A stretch of 64,000 nt of DNA, from contig NC_068993.1 of the NCBI RefSeq assembly GCF_001194135.2, forward strand, positions 28,169,702 to 28,233,701. The letters are read 5' to 3'. This document shows, in pieces, positions 26,520 through 39,899 of the stretch. The stretch is from Octopus bimaculoides. Taxonomy: Eukaryota. The notes below the pieces were generated by a model, which ran no database searches, was not told the DNA's origin, and saw only the letters and a list, made by a program, of their open reading frames with translations. Positions within the stretch are counted from its first letter, which is position 1, and every line of letters begins with the position of its first letter. The position numbers were made by a program, and so were the translations under genes.

Positions 26520-27870
26520 ATACAAGTAAGGGTTCACCAAGGATCAGTCCTCAGCCCCCTCTTGTTCATCATAGTCCTCCAGATAATAACAGAGGAATTT
26601 AAGATAAGCTGCCCCTGGGAGCTCCTCTATGCTGATGACCTTGTTCTTATAGCTCAGTCACTACCAGAACTAAAGAAGAAATTTCAGATGTGGAAGGAAT
26701 GTCAAGAATCAAAAGGCCTTAGAGTTAACTTAGTAAAAACCAAAATCTTAGTTAGTAGGAAAGCAGACAAATCACAAATCCCCTCAGGTAGATGGCTCTG
26801 TTTGATCTGTAGGAAAGGCGTAGGTAGAAATTCCATAAATTGTACCTGGTGTAAGCTATGGATACATAAGAGGTGCAGCAATATCAGAGGAAGGTTAACA
26901 GGGAAACTAGTTTTTGTGTGTGGAAGGTGCACAGGTACAATTAACACTAAAAATGTACAGAAAATAGGCTTCACCAGATGCCAGGGGAAAAAATAGAAGT
27001 AGTTGATTAGCTTCCATTACCTAGGTGACCAAGTCAGTAGCAGGGGTGGATGCTCTGAGAGTGTAGCTGCTAGAATAAGAATAGGCTGGGCAAAGTGCAG
27101 AAAGCTCCTACCTCTGTTGGTGACGAAGGGCTTCTCCCTCAGAGTGAAAGGCAGATTGTATGATGCCTGTGTGTGAACAGCCATGCTACATGGCAGTGAA
27201 ACATGGGCTGCGACTGCTGAGGACATGCATAAGCTTGAAAGAAATGAAGTTAATATGCTTCGCTGGATGTGCAATGTCAGTGTGCATGTATGACAGAGTG
27301 TAAATGGTAAATGTCTTGAGAGAAAAGTTGGGCACAAGAGACATCAGATGTGGTGTGCAAGAAAGATGACTGCATTGGTATGGTGATGTGATGCATTTAG
27401 ATGAGGACAGCTGTGAAGATTTGTCAAACCAAGTGAAATCATGGTTGTAACCATTGTTGGTGTCACATAGCTGACACCCAAACCAGTGGCTTGTAAAAAG
27501 CACCTTTTGAGTGTTGGGCCTCACAGAGGCAATGTGGCTGATGCTGGTGTTGCATAACTAGCACTAGTGCTGGTGGCACATAAAAAGCACCTTTCAAGTG
27601 CTGGGCTTCACGGAAGCAATGACAAATGACTGAGACCTTTGGCAATATGCTGGGCTTCAGAAGACCCATCAAACCAAGTGAAATCACAGTCATGGCAGGT
27701 ACTGGTGTCACACAACTGGCACCTCTGCTGGTGGTACGTAAAAATACCCAAGCATTAAAAAGGGCATCCAGCTGTAGAAACCATGCCAAATCAGACTGGA
27801 GTCAGCTTACCAGCCCTAGTCAAACCATCTAACCCATGCCAGAGTAGACAATGGACTCTAAATGATGAGG
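26520..27870 (+). mobile_element. RTE-like LINE 3' part (PHD-insert family) with 3' UTR
   Basis: GVHQGSVLSPLLFIIVL, LYADDL, GRWLCLICRKGVGRNSINCTWCKLWIHKRC...FVCGRC; 3' UTR core and gatgat tail. Confidence 0.88.
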
Positions 27871-28389
27871 ATGATGAAAATTTGCTTACTGCTTCTTACA
27901 CCAAGCAATCATATAACAGATTCCCTCATTGGATCATTGTTTTATTGTTTTTTTTTCGATTTTTATATCCTGTTCAGTCCATCACCATCATTATCATCAT
28001 CATTTTAATATCTGGACTAACAAGGTAATCTCTACAGTTGTTGCCCAGGTGAACAAGTATGTACACATCTTTCTTCTCAAATGTGTCCTTCCTTCTTTGG
28101 GAGAATTTAGCTACTATTTCTAGTGGGTTATTTGAAAACTAGCAACCACTAGAGGCTATCTCATTTGACCCATACAAACATGGAAAATTGGACATTAAAT
28201 GATCATGGTGATAGGTACATGAGGACATATTTGGTAATTCAATAAAAGAGAGTCACTGAAGAAATCACAAGATGTGTGACGAAATATTTCCAGACAAAGG
28301 ACATAAAGTAAAAACAATAATAAAATAAATCTGAAGTGAAGAATGAATATATAGTGCATGTGTTTATTTGACAGAAAAAATAAATAAAA

Positions 28390-29520
28390 TGACCATCTCA
28401 AAATGTAACAATATCTATTTCAACACACAATTTCACATCAGAAATCTTGCAAAACAAATACATACCAAATGTATTTTATTAAAAAATTTGTGCACATGTT
28501 CTTGATAAGATTTGTTTTCCATAAGCTTATTCTGTGTATCCACTTTCAGCTTCAATGACTGCCTTAATGTAGGGCCAGAATCATTGACATGCTTGCACTA
28601 AATGATCTTTGATTTCCAAGACATCACCTGAACAATAGTATTGTGAGGATGTTGATTAGTCTCCCTTACACTGACTATCCAAATGCAGTAGTTGATGGGA
28701 TTTAAATCTGGCAAATTTGAAGGCTACATATTTAGTGTTACATGATTGTAAAAATTGTGTGACATCCATTCGTGGGTTATGTTGCCTTTGGGGGAATATG
28801 CTAAATTTTGTTGAAACACATATGGCCTTTCATTGCATACTCCATCCATCCTGGACTATAACAACTGCCTCCATCTCTTCAACATATCCAGTAGCATTAA
28901 TTTTAAGACCCTGTGGAAAAATGTCAGGGGTCATGATATGACTTTCGTTACTCACCACTCCTAAAACTATCATTTGCTGGAAACCTTGTGTGCATCACTC
29001 TTGAGATATCTGAATGATCTGCATATTATTTCTCTTGTTAAACTTTTATTCCTGGTCACAGTTTTTCTCATCAGAGAACTAAAATATGCCATGCTTGTGT
29101 TGGTTTATTACCTTGTTAAGTAACCACTTGACATGGATCTCAGTGTTCTTCATCATAGCAGATCAAAAGGTTTTGCTGTCTTTGCAGACATTGAGTGGCC
29201 TCCCCTCAGTACATACAACAAGTATCAAATGTCCTTGTAAAACACAGTTCTGATAGTCCACTTCAACACCTGAAATTCTTTAGCAATGGCCCTCATTGAT
29301 TTTCTGGGCTCATTATAAACAATGATTTGAGCCCACTGGATGAATTGCAGTGTCCCTATAGTGTCTGAGCATTTAGGATTTGTTTTCTCATTGTTATAGT
29401 TGAAACATTCCTGCCAGAGGCTTCCAGTTCCAACTGAACGTTGTGTATGAAAGATCTTGGCAATTCATAAATTCTTGTTCTGCACATATGGCAACAATGA
29501 CTGCATGATTTTTCATTCCC
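28390..29520 (-). mobile_element. maT/DD37D-like Tc1/mariner remnant
   Basis: Minus-strand fragments resembling PSNLPDLNPIN and IKAVIEAESG; similar to the element at 52636-55784; TIRs not resolved. Confidence 0.6.
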
Positions 29521-30133
29521 TGTGTTTACACTTTAACTGCTATGGATGGGGGATATGTATGTATAAGAGAATTGTATATAATCCTTAAATTATATAATGC
29601 TAGTATGTTAAATAAGTTTTCAGACGTGATCCCCTCCTGTAGCCATAAATTTCACTCTACATTTCTAAAAACCTATAAAATTAGATCTATTATTTCTATC
29701 TTATATCCTAGATGTATAAGGAATTTTTAGATGATTTAGGTGCTTTGACATTTTTATTCCTATGTTTATCAACCTCTCATTTGTTTTGCATCTCCTATAT
29801 TTATCATGCATAACTCTTTACATGTAATCTTTATTTATATGTAATTTTATGTTTTTATATTTCTATATTTTTATGTATGTTTGGTTTTATTCTTTACACC
29901 CTTGGAGAATCTTTACACCTGTACATGCATGATTTATGTTGATGTGTATAAATATATAGTTCAATTACATTGATTGAATATCTTCATTTGTGTGTTCGAG
30001 AATCTCTCTGACTGCCTATGATTTGCGTTTTTAATTTCCTCTACTCTGTATTTTTTCACATTGGCTCTCTATGATCACTCTGTAAATAGCCCATACTTTC
30101 TATAACATACTTAATATTATATATATATATATA

Positions 30134-30964
30134 CTAGCTGGCCCTGTGTCGTCAAAAGTGCCGGCTAATTGTTGTATTTTATATATAAAAAGAGTACAGA
30201 AAGGTTAAAAAACAAATCAAACAGTGCTTCAACTCTGTGTGTGTGTGCAGATGTATACATTTATATGTATGAGTAGCACAGTCTGTAGCGAATGCGGTTT
30301 TCTATACTTTGTCACAGCCTGCTTCCTTCCTTTTTTAAGTGTCTGTTTACATATATATATGTATGTGTAAATGCACATCTGTCTGTAATTCTATTTTTTA
30401 TGTATCTTTCTAAATAAACACACACAAACACATATACACTCACTCATATATATAATTATATTTTACACAAACACACACATATACACACATACACAAACAT
30501 TCACATTCCTCCCTTTTACATGCACACACATATACTCACACAGAGTTGAAGCGCTGTTTGATTTTTGTTTCACCGTCAACTTTTCATCATCCCACTTCCA
30601 TCGGTGGATCGCCCCTTCCTTTCTCATTCATATGTTGTGATGGGGAAATACACAAGAGTATTATTATAGTAGATTATTATAGTAGAAGATACGCGATGCT
30701 CTTTTTGCCACATCCTTTCTCTCATTGCTATTACTTTCTCTTACTCCCTCTCAGTCATGGCTATTACTCTCACTTCTTCTCCTTCACTGAATTACTATTT
30801 ACTCTCCTCTCTCTTCACCAGTCACTCCTACTGCATGATTTTGGACAAAAAATATATATATATAAACGGCGGTGCATCAGTATGGCCACAGCTCTCAGCT
30901 GAAACTATAGAAAAAAAAATATACAAATATATAAACACACTACGCTCATTATTATATTAGGAGA
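30134..30964 (-). mobile_element. Non-autonomous Helitron-like element
   Basis: Minus strand starts A|TC and ends CTAG|T, GC-rich subterminal segment; filled with (CA)n/(TA)n repeats. Confidence 0.6.
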
Positions 30965-31016
30965 TATATATATATATGTATGTATGTGTGTGTGTATATA
31001 TATATATATATATCCA

Positions 31017-31241
31017 CAGTAATCCCTCGCCATATCCTGGTTCACCTATCACAGTTTATTATTTAAGCTGACGTCAATTCCTTTAAGCTGTTGTTTTGCA
31101 TTTATAATAAAATAAATATATACAATTTATAAAAGTAATGAAAAAAATATACAGTACATTACTGTTTCTACTTCGCAGATTTTCACCTATCGTGAGGGTG
31201 GGATGTTAGAACGTAACACCCACGATAGTCGAGGGATTACT
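31017..31241. mobile_element. pogo/Tigger-like MITE
   Basis: TIRs cagtaatccctcg ... cgagggattact(g), right end runs into an N gap. Confidence 0.7.
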
Positions 31242-33451
31242 NNNNNNNNNNNNNNNNNNNNNNNNNNNNNNNNNNNNNNNNNNNNNNNNNNNNNNNNNNN
31301 NNNNNNNNNNNNNNNNNNNNNNNNNNNNNNNNNNNNNNNNNNNNNNNNNNNNNNNNNNNNNNNNNNNNNNNNNNNNNNNNNNNNNNNNNNNNNNNNNNNN
31401 NNNNNNNNNNNNNNNTATATATATATATATTCCAAAAAATTAACAAAAGCACAACAAATGGAAAATTCATAGTTAATTCCTCATCTCTCAGTGTCCAAAA
31501 GATCATAATTTTACACCATTAACGATATTGTTCACTTTTGGTGGTGCCAGCAGCGAGAAGCCACTGGGAATTACTAACAAACATACAGGACAAATACAAA
31601 ACAAACATGACAAAATAAAATAATTATACATATACAACGAAAAAAGGCCACTGTTTGTTCTGACTTTCTATCTGTTCCTTTCTTGTTTCCAGTCTTACAG
31701 GACATTTTCATTTTCCTTTGTGTTACACAATATCTGACTGTGTCAAAAAGTGGAGCAGAGAGAAGTGTGACTGATTGAGTCAACAATGAGGTGAAAAAGG
31801 AAATGGATGAGAGAGGTGCGAATGGTCATATGTGTGTATGTATGAGAAAGAGAGTGATGGGCAACAGACTGAAAACTCTGAGTCTGTGGGGATAGAGTCT
31901 TCATATTTGACTTCTGGGCATACCTATCTACATACAAATAATGACCATTTTGCTTTCACATGAGTTAGTTGCTCACTTATATTAGATTTTGTGCACAACA
32001 AATTTAAGTTAGTCACCTTACAGTTTGTGTTACTAATTACTAAAAGTCTAGTTTTATATCTAAGATGGCTGGCTAACAACATGTGAAATTTATAAAACCC
32101 ATTTATTGAAAAATGAACAGATACAAAATAAATTTAAAAACAGAATATTGTATGAGTAAAAAATATGTATATATAAAAGCTAAGTCAAGATATAAATTAA
32201 TATACAAGATGTTTTGTTGAGAGAGAAGGGAAATGTTAAAGAGAAAGAGAATGGTCATATTGTCAGAGGAAAGAAGAGAGAAAATAAGTTACAGAGAATA
32301 TGATTTGATTGAGTGACAGAGAAACAGAGATTATATAAATGAGTATGTATATGTGTGAGGGCAGTGAGAGGGGAGCAGAGGTTCCAGAAAATAAAAGAGA
32401 AAGAAAAAGAAGCAGAAATTACAAAAATAAAAGAAATAAAAAAGGGAGAGGAAGAGAGAATATAATAGGAAGAAGCTCCCCCTTTTTCATGAGAAGACTT
32501 TATGGAATTATTATTACTCAATGTGATGGCAGACTCATACCCACCATTATTGGAAATATATCAACAGGGAAATCTCAATATCGTTACTTAGGCTGGAAAT
32601 AACAGTCAAATCTCCTTCTAATTCAATCCTACCATCTTAAAAACAGATCATTTGACAATGTACTTCTAGATATGCTACCTGAAGAAAAAAGATAGAATGA
32701 CCATGGCTGAAAGACCTTTGATAATATGTATACTCAATCAGGGCACATATGACACTAAACAATGACATAAATATGAACCTGTAAGACAGCCTCTGAGCCA
32801 TTACTCTACATACTAGAAATAGCAGTTAACTGTCCATCAAATCCTACCACTCTGTCTAAAGGGAAAGACTCATTGAATAATGTAATTCTAGAAACACCAA
32901 ATTTTAAAAAAATAATGATGATCATGATGGCCACAGTTGGAACTCCTTTGATAATAGACCTGCTGGATCAATATTTATCTGGGGCTAAACAATAACAACA
33001 TACACAGGTGCCAAAGTGTGGGTAGGATGGATAGCTGACCCAAAGTATGGATGCAATATCTTTACATGAGACATGTTTTTTTTTTTTTTGTTCATGTCAT
33101 TAGAAATTTGAGTTCAAGGGTTGCAGGGTACTAAAATATAATTATGATAGCTGAATGCTATTCAGCTACTAACTTAAAAGTCTTGAGCTCTAAACTCACT
33201 AAGTATTTTGTCAAGTATTTGTGAAAGTGCACTTAGTTCTATGTACAGTTTAGATGAGCTTTAGGAGTATATTACCTGACATAGAGAAGCATCATTTCCT
33301 GGGTAGATTTAACTCACATCTGCTTAATACTGCCAAGCAATTATAGCTAAGCAGTACTGCATCTTAAAAGCCCCTTAAGGATTAGGAGATATTTTATGAT
33401 TTCCCTTTCAATTTTTTTATTTATTTATATCTCTGGTAAGGCAGACAGGTA

Positions 33452-36168
33452 TGTATATTTTTATATCCTTGACAAACGTTGAATATATAATTTAACAAAG
33501 CAGAGGTAAAAATTAATGTGTTCACATGAGACTCCAAAATGCCCTCTCAATGACTCATGCTGACCTCTCGTCTCAACCAATACGCTACTCTTTATAAGAG
33601 TTCAGCTAGTCCATTCTTCCAATCTCCCGGGGGGTGTCAATGACCCTTGCCACAACATTTTCCCCTTTGAGATTGACTTCTGTTCGAAGTTAATATTATT
33701 ATTTTTATGTATTTATTTTTCTTTCATCACATCTCCCTTTTTGAGATTTTCCTCCTAAGGAAGTTTAATACTTTTTTTCCATTTAGGCACTACTTCAAAC
33801 CATTCTGTTTGTTTCCTCTTTCTTGTGCTGCTACACCTAGGTTCAATTTCTTGTGGCATTGGAACATTGAAGGTATCACAGAACACTTCCGTGGGTATCT
33901 TTCACTAGCATCTGCTGCCAATACTATTTCTAAATTTGGGTTAAAATGTGATAATGAAAATTCTGACATTAAGTTGTTTTTAATTTCTTCAAAAGCTTTT
34001 ATTCTTTCAAAGACCTTTTTAACATGCTCAGCCTGATGACCCCGCGATTCACTTTTTATGAGTATGATGTCAAGCTACAGAGAAATCTAAACCTGCAGGC
34101 TTAATGTCCATAACTTGTTGGGAAATACCAGGTGCTACCTTTATACCAAAAGGAGTCGATTAAATTTATACAACTCTTTATGGGTAATTATTGTCAATAA
34201 GTTTGAACATTCCTTATATGCTTCAGATATGTCCAACTTTGAAAAAAATTTTCCTCCATTCAGCTTCACAAAAATTTCCTCCAGACTTGGTAATGGATAA
34301 TTATGTGGCATCATTCGTTTAATCCCATTGAAAAATCAGCGCATACTCAGATTTTATTATTTTTTTCTTAACATAAACTTTTGGGCACGCCCATTTTATA
34401 ATCAGTTTTTTCAATGATGCCAAGCTTTTCAAGTCTATCCAATTCTTCGTTGATTTGTTTCAATGCTGTGAAAGGTACCGTTTATTTTTGTTTAAAAACC
34501 TGTATAATGTTTGCTTTCACTTGAAACTTTGCTTTGATTTTGGTGCAAAAACCCAATTCATCAGAAAAAACGTCAGGAAAATTTTTTTTTTATTCCTTTT
34601 TTTAAATTCTCCGATGCCTTATTTGTACTGGCGGAAGAACCATTCACATTTTTACCAAAAAATATTTATGGAGAGGTCCCAAAAGTTAAACAGTTCCATC
34701 CAGTCTGTTCCAAATAGATTTGTCATATTTTTCAACACAAAAGCTTTGGCTTTCAAGGTTTTCAGGGTTTTTCATTGAAATGTAAATTCACTTGTCATTT
34801 CGCCCATAAAATGCAATTTTTTACCTGAAACACCTCATGCAATTTTTGAAGTTTCCTTTAATCTAGGTTTCTGTATTTTTCTCCTTGTATCTGTATTAAT
34901 TATCGTGATATCACTGCCCATATCCATTTGTAACTTGCTATTCACAATATTCATTTTTATGGACACAAATATTGTTTTCTGAGCCCCACTTAGTATTTTT
35001 GTAAACAATACATTCTTTCTAGAATTTTTTTGTTTCATTATACAATGTGAACTTTTATGTCCAATTTTTCCACACTCAAAACATTTACGATTTTTAAAAG
35101 GACAGTTCTAAAATGTAAATCTCTGCACCCATAGCATGGATTCGGTCTTGACGTTCATTTCTCCTTTTTCTTATCCATTTCAGGATGACACGCATGTATC
35201 TGAGAGCAATCTTTTTCTTCAATTTTGTCTGTGTCATGTCTTAAATTTATAATCCTCTGACATTTTTCAGCCACTGCCTGTAGAGTCAATTTTTGGTCCT
35301 GTTCTAATTTTGTTAATATACAGGAATGTATATCAGAATCTTTTCTTACATTTAACTCTTGAACAAAAATTAGACATTTGAACAAATCTAGGGTTAATTC
35401 GTTTAATTTGAATTTTTCACACCCTGTGTTAACGACCCCAGCATAGGTGACGAAATCTTCATCATCTTTTTTAACTATATTTAAACACTGCCAACAATTA
35501 TTGAACAAGGAACTTCTTTTACTGAAAATTCTCGATAATAAATTAATTGTTTCATTGAAATGAGTCTCACCTGGTTTCTTTGGCAGAATATGTTGCAGTA
35601 TTTTTCATGTTCGGCAGGGGAAAACTTTCTTAAAAGTAGTCACACCTTCTTGTCATTCCAATTTTTACATTCTTCTTTGAACATTTCTTTGTATCTTCGA
35701 AAATATGCAGAAAAAGTAGTACTACCTTCTGGATTATAAATTAAATTCTCCAATTGAGTTTGCTACGCTGTCTGACAATAACGAACTTAAAGTATTTTCA
35801 GACTTTTTCAACATTACTTCCAGTAACTGTTGGTATTGTTGTTGTTGTTGCTGTTACAACTGCACGACGCAAGCCAATAAGTCTTCCATGTTAATGATTT
35901 TTTTCTTTGATTTCTTATCCCCCAAAAATTTTAACGACTGACACAAGCTTCGAATATCTCGTTGCCACTTTTATATCTTTGGCAAATGTTGGATATATAA
36001 TTTAACCAAGTGGAGGTAAAATCAATGTTCACACAACATACTTCGCAAGACTCCAAAATGTCCTCTCAAGAACTCTTACTGACCTCTTGTCTCAACCAAT
36101 ACACTACTCTTATAAGAGTTTGGCTAGTCCATTCTTCCAATCCCCTAGGAGTGTCAATGACTCTCGCC

Positions 36169-36174
<6 letters not shown>
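33452..36174 (-). mobile_element. Ty3/gypsy LTR retrotransposon, internally deleted, both approx. 200-bp LTRs present
   Basis: Direct repeats approx. 33452-33657 and 35969-36174 beginning TGTTGTGG on minus; PBS-like TGGCAACGAG (35958-35967); PPT aaaggggaaaa; gag-like FKCLIFV, protease LQMDMGSDIT, RT PLPSLEEIF...FSKLD...GIKVAPGIFQQ. Confidence 0.88.
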
Positions 36175-36220
<46 letters not shown>

Positions 36221-37249
36221 TACACACACATACATATATGCTATATACTATGAACTTCTTACATTTTCTGTCTACCAAATCCACGCACAAAGCTTTGTTT
36301 GGCCCAAGGCTATAGTAAAAGACATTTAAGAATAGATATACATCTAATAAATCCCAAAAATATAAATAGGCATGATGTGAATAAATCAATATCTAGAACA
36401 AATGATTCTATAATATTAATCTATATATATATATACATTTAATAAATTTTAAGTAATAAATTATATTTAAATAAATACTCCATGAATGATTAAATTAAAA
36501 CAAACATTGGAGCAAATCTTAAAGTGAAATGTACTCTTGCCATTTGAAAATAATCTAACTCCATACATGTGATACATAGTGAATCATAACCCCATTAAAT
36601 ATATAAAAATTAATGTAAATATAATAACCCAAACTATCAAAAGAATAAGATTAATACATCTAAATAAATAAAAATTTGTAATAAAAATTGAAATTCTCAC
36701 AATTAAATAAGTAGCAGTTAAATATGTAGATTTAGATACTTACTAATATATATATATTTTATTCTTTTGGCAAATGAGTAGAGAAAGGAGTGGCAGCCAG
36801 CCTCCCCCGCAAAGAAAACAAACTAAATTTCATTAAGGATAGATAGTAGTATGACCTAATTCTTCAAGACTTCAACTGGCCATCGTCCACTGTGGTCGTA
36901 GTTTAACCTCTAGTTATTTTTAGAACAGAATCCAAAAACGCAAGTACACACTCTCACACACATATACATACTACCATTCAGTCTTTTAAGAAACCCTCCA
37001 TCCATTTGAATGTAAATGAATATTTGTCAATTTTTGCCCTGAAGAGATTTTTACCTTTTAAATTCATAATGCAATTTTCATTGTAAAATATGAATGAAGG
37101 TAAAAAATTGAAACATACATAGGCAACATGAAATTGACTGTTATATAAATAAATTGATTTTTCCTGTGTCCATATTCTCCATTTTCTTTATATTATATTA
37201 TTAAAAATCGTTATTGAGCTTGATCATTTCTTCGTAGTGTGTATCACAA

Positions 37250-37740
37250 TCGCTACTTATATTCTTTGCACAATGTTTTAGGTACTGAGCAATCCCTCTC
37301 TTTACACTATGGATGGTGGAAATTGAATTTGAAATATTGTCCAGTAAAGGTCAGCTTGTGGTATACGGATGTCCTGAATTCATACTTGGTGCATGTTATT
37401 AATACGTCCAGGAATGCCAGCTGATTGTCTTTTTCCTTTTCCATTGTAAACTGTATGGATGGCTTTATTGAGTCCACATGATCTAACAGCACTTGGACAT
37501 CTTCCTGGCGGGGCCACAAGCCATAGTGTTGGTTTTAGTGGTGTTGATCCTAAAACCAAATTCTCAAAGTATTCCATGTATATATTGGCTATTACCGGTG
37601 ATAATGGCGAACCCATAGCTAAACCCTCCTCCTGTCGATATATATCAGTGTCCATACTGAAGTAGGTAGTTTCTTCACAGAAGGTCAACATTTCCATCAA
37701 GTTTCTTATCTGTATACCAGTGTGTTCTTTATAGATGGGT
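37250..37740 (-). mobile_element. Penelope-like element RT fragment
   Basis: YRQEEGLAMGSPLSPVIANIYMEYFE and EKEKDNQLAFLDVLI...VYHK.TFTGQY..FN.HHP motifs. Confidence 0.88.
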
Positions 37741-37789
37741 GTCTGTCACTAGTTTTTCTTGTATCACCGATAGTGCTTCACCAGTTGGG

Positions 37790-38400
37790 ACTTTGGTGAA
37801 CAGGCTATATCATACAGATGTTATTATTCTATGGTTTCTATGGCTAGATGCCTTTCCTTCAGCCAACCACTTTACAGAGTGTGCTGGGTGCTTTTTATGT
37901 GCCACCAGCATGAGTACATTTATGTAGCACTGGCACAAGGGCATCCTATGTGGCACTAGCATGAATGCATTTTATGTGGCACAGGTACCTGCAAAGGACA
38001 TGCCTGTATGTATGGATGTCTGTGATTTAACTTTGCTTGACATGTCTTCTCAAGGCCAGCAAATCGCCACAACTCCAGGTCCCTTTCATTTCCTCAGTGA
38101 GGCCCAGCATCTGAAGATCCTTTCTCACCACTTCATCCCACATCTTCCTAGGTCTTACCCCTTGCACAGGTTTCCTCCACAATTAGAGATCAGCACTTCT
38201 TTAAGCAGCTGTCCTCATCCATGCACATCATATGACCATACCAGCACAGTCTGCTCTCTTGCACATAACAACTGATGCCTATTATACTCAATTTTTCTCT
38301 CAAATCATTTACACTCTGTTGTATGTGCACATTGACATTATCCATCCAGTGGAGCATTCTGGTTTCATTTCTTTTAAGCCTTTGCAAGTCATCTGTATGA
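37790..38400 (-). mobile_element. RTE-like LINE 3' end (PHD-insert family)
   Basis: RNETRMLHW...DLREKL...ESRLCWYGHM and the shared 3' UTR. Confidence 0.75.
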
Positions 38401-39023
38401 TAGAGCCTGTTCACCAAAGTGAGAACCCAGGTTCGAAATTTCCCCAAGAAGGCTGGAGGGTATATCAGCCAAAACGTTGTTTTAGCAACAAACAAGACGA
38501 GGACAAATATCCGTTGAATGTAAATAATGTACATAATTCCTCATCTCTTAAATATAGAACTGTACACTTACTGAATAATTTTTTAAAATTATAATTGATA
38601 CGTAATTGAATAGTTAACACTCACACTCATAATGCATAGGCATTTGAATTAATTTTTTACAATCCAGCCATCCTTTCACATAGAATTTCATCTTATCTTT
38701 AAACTCTGTCTATGAAGAGTCTTATATCTAAGGAAATTGTTTATATATCAAAAACTGTATATAAGTCGAAACAAATTGTTGGAATTTTGATGTTTTGATA
38801 ATTGTTTATGTTATATTATATTCATAGTATATGGTGTTATAATATAAATAAATTATTGGATTGTCAATTGTATCTCTCTATTTATAATCTGGAACTCGAC
38901 TGAGAAAAGAAAACTCTGAATGACCTGTCCTTGTTTTCTTTGTATCGTCTATCTGGATGTTTTGTCCCTTTCTTGTATCATCTTACTGTCTGGCTGTTTT
39001 CTATTCTTGTCGCATTTTGTATT

Positions 39024-39054
<31 letters not shown>

Positions 39055-39060
<6 letters not shown>

Positions 39061-39380
39061 CCCCCTTTGGTCATGACTGACCATGGGATTGCACCTAGAA
39101 AGTTACCCTCCCAGGCACAAGTCCAGGCAAGATTGTTTATGGAAGACCAGCCGTCGCCCATGCATACCGGCCTCCTCTCTTCACGCCACCAGTGTTATCT
39201 AAGGGAAAGGCAAAGGTCGATACAGCTTGGCACCTGTGACGTCGCAACTCATTTCTACAGCTGAGTGAATTGGAGCAACGTGAAATAAAGTGTCTTGCTC
39301 AAGAACACAACACGCAGCCCTTTCTGGGATTCAAACTCACAACTTCACAATCATAAGCTCGATGCTTTATCCACTGAGCC
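39055..39380 (+). repeat. SINE/LINE-tail-like interspersed repeat
   Basis: catttctacagctgagtgaa.tggagcaacgtgaaataaagtgtcttgctcaagaacacaac core; family assignment from recognition only. Confidence 0.55.
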
Positions 39381-39899
39381 ATGCACCTTCACTATATATA
39401 TATATGCTCTTGTGTGGGGTTCTTCAAATCTTTACAGAAATTCCAATGAGTTTCATGCGAGTAGATCGTAATATAAGTGTAAATGTTTGGCGAAGAAGTG
39501 TACATTATTGAAAGTTCAGTCATGTTGAGTTTTTATAAAAGAGAAAAAGGTGGAGAGAAGGAAAAATGTTTTGTTCACAAAGTCGTGTGCATAGTTTTGT
39601 TTTTTTTCAATTTCAGTCTCAGTGCACTCATCTCTTCACCTTTGTATCCTGTTGGAGTTCAAAGTGCTTTAAGTCTGAATCTTTTAGTTTTTATATATTT
39701 TAGGGAAAAAGATACAATTTTTAGAAATGATCTAATTATAAATCTCACAGAGAGATATAAGCAGCAGTGTTACAATAAAGCAGTTGTTTACTGTCAACTT
39801 AATGTGACAGACCCATTAAGGGAATCATACTGCTGCTATTTAGCCCTAGGAAGCTGGACCGTTTCCTGTTGGCCTTGACACATTTCCTGTGTCTTTATA

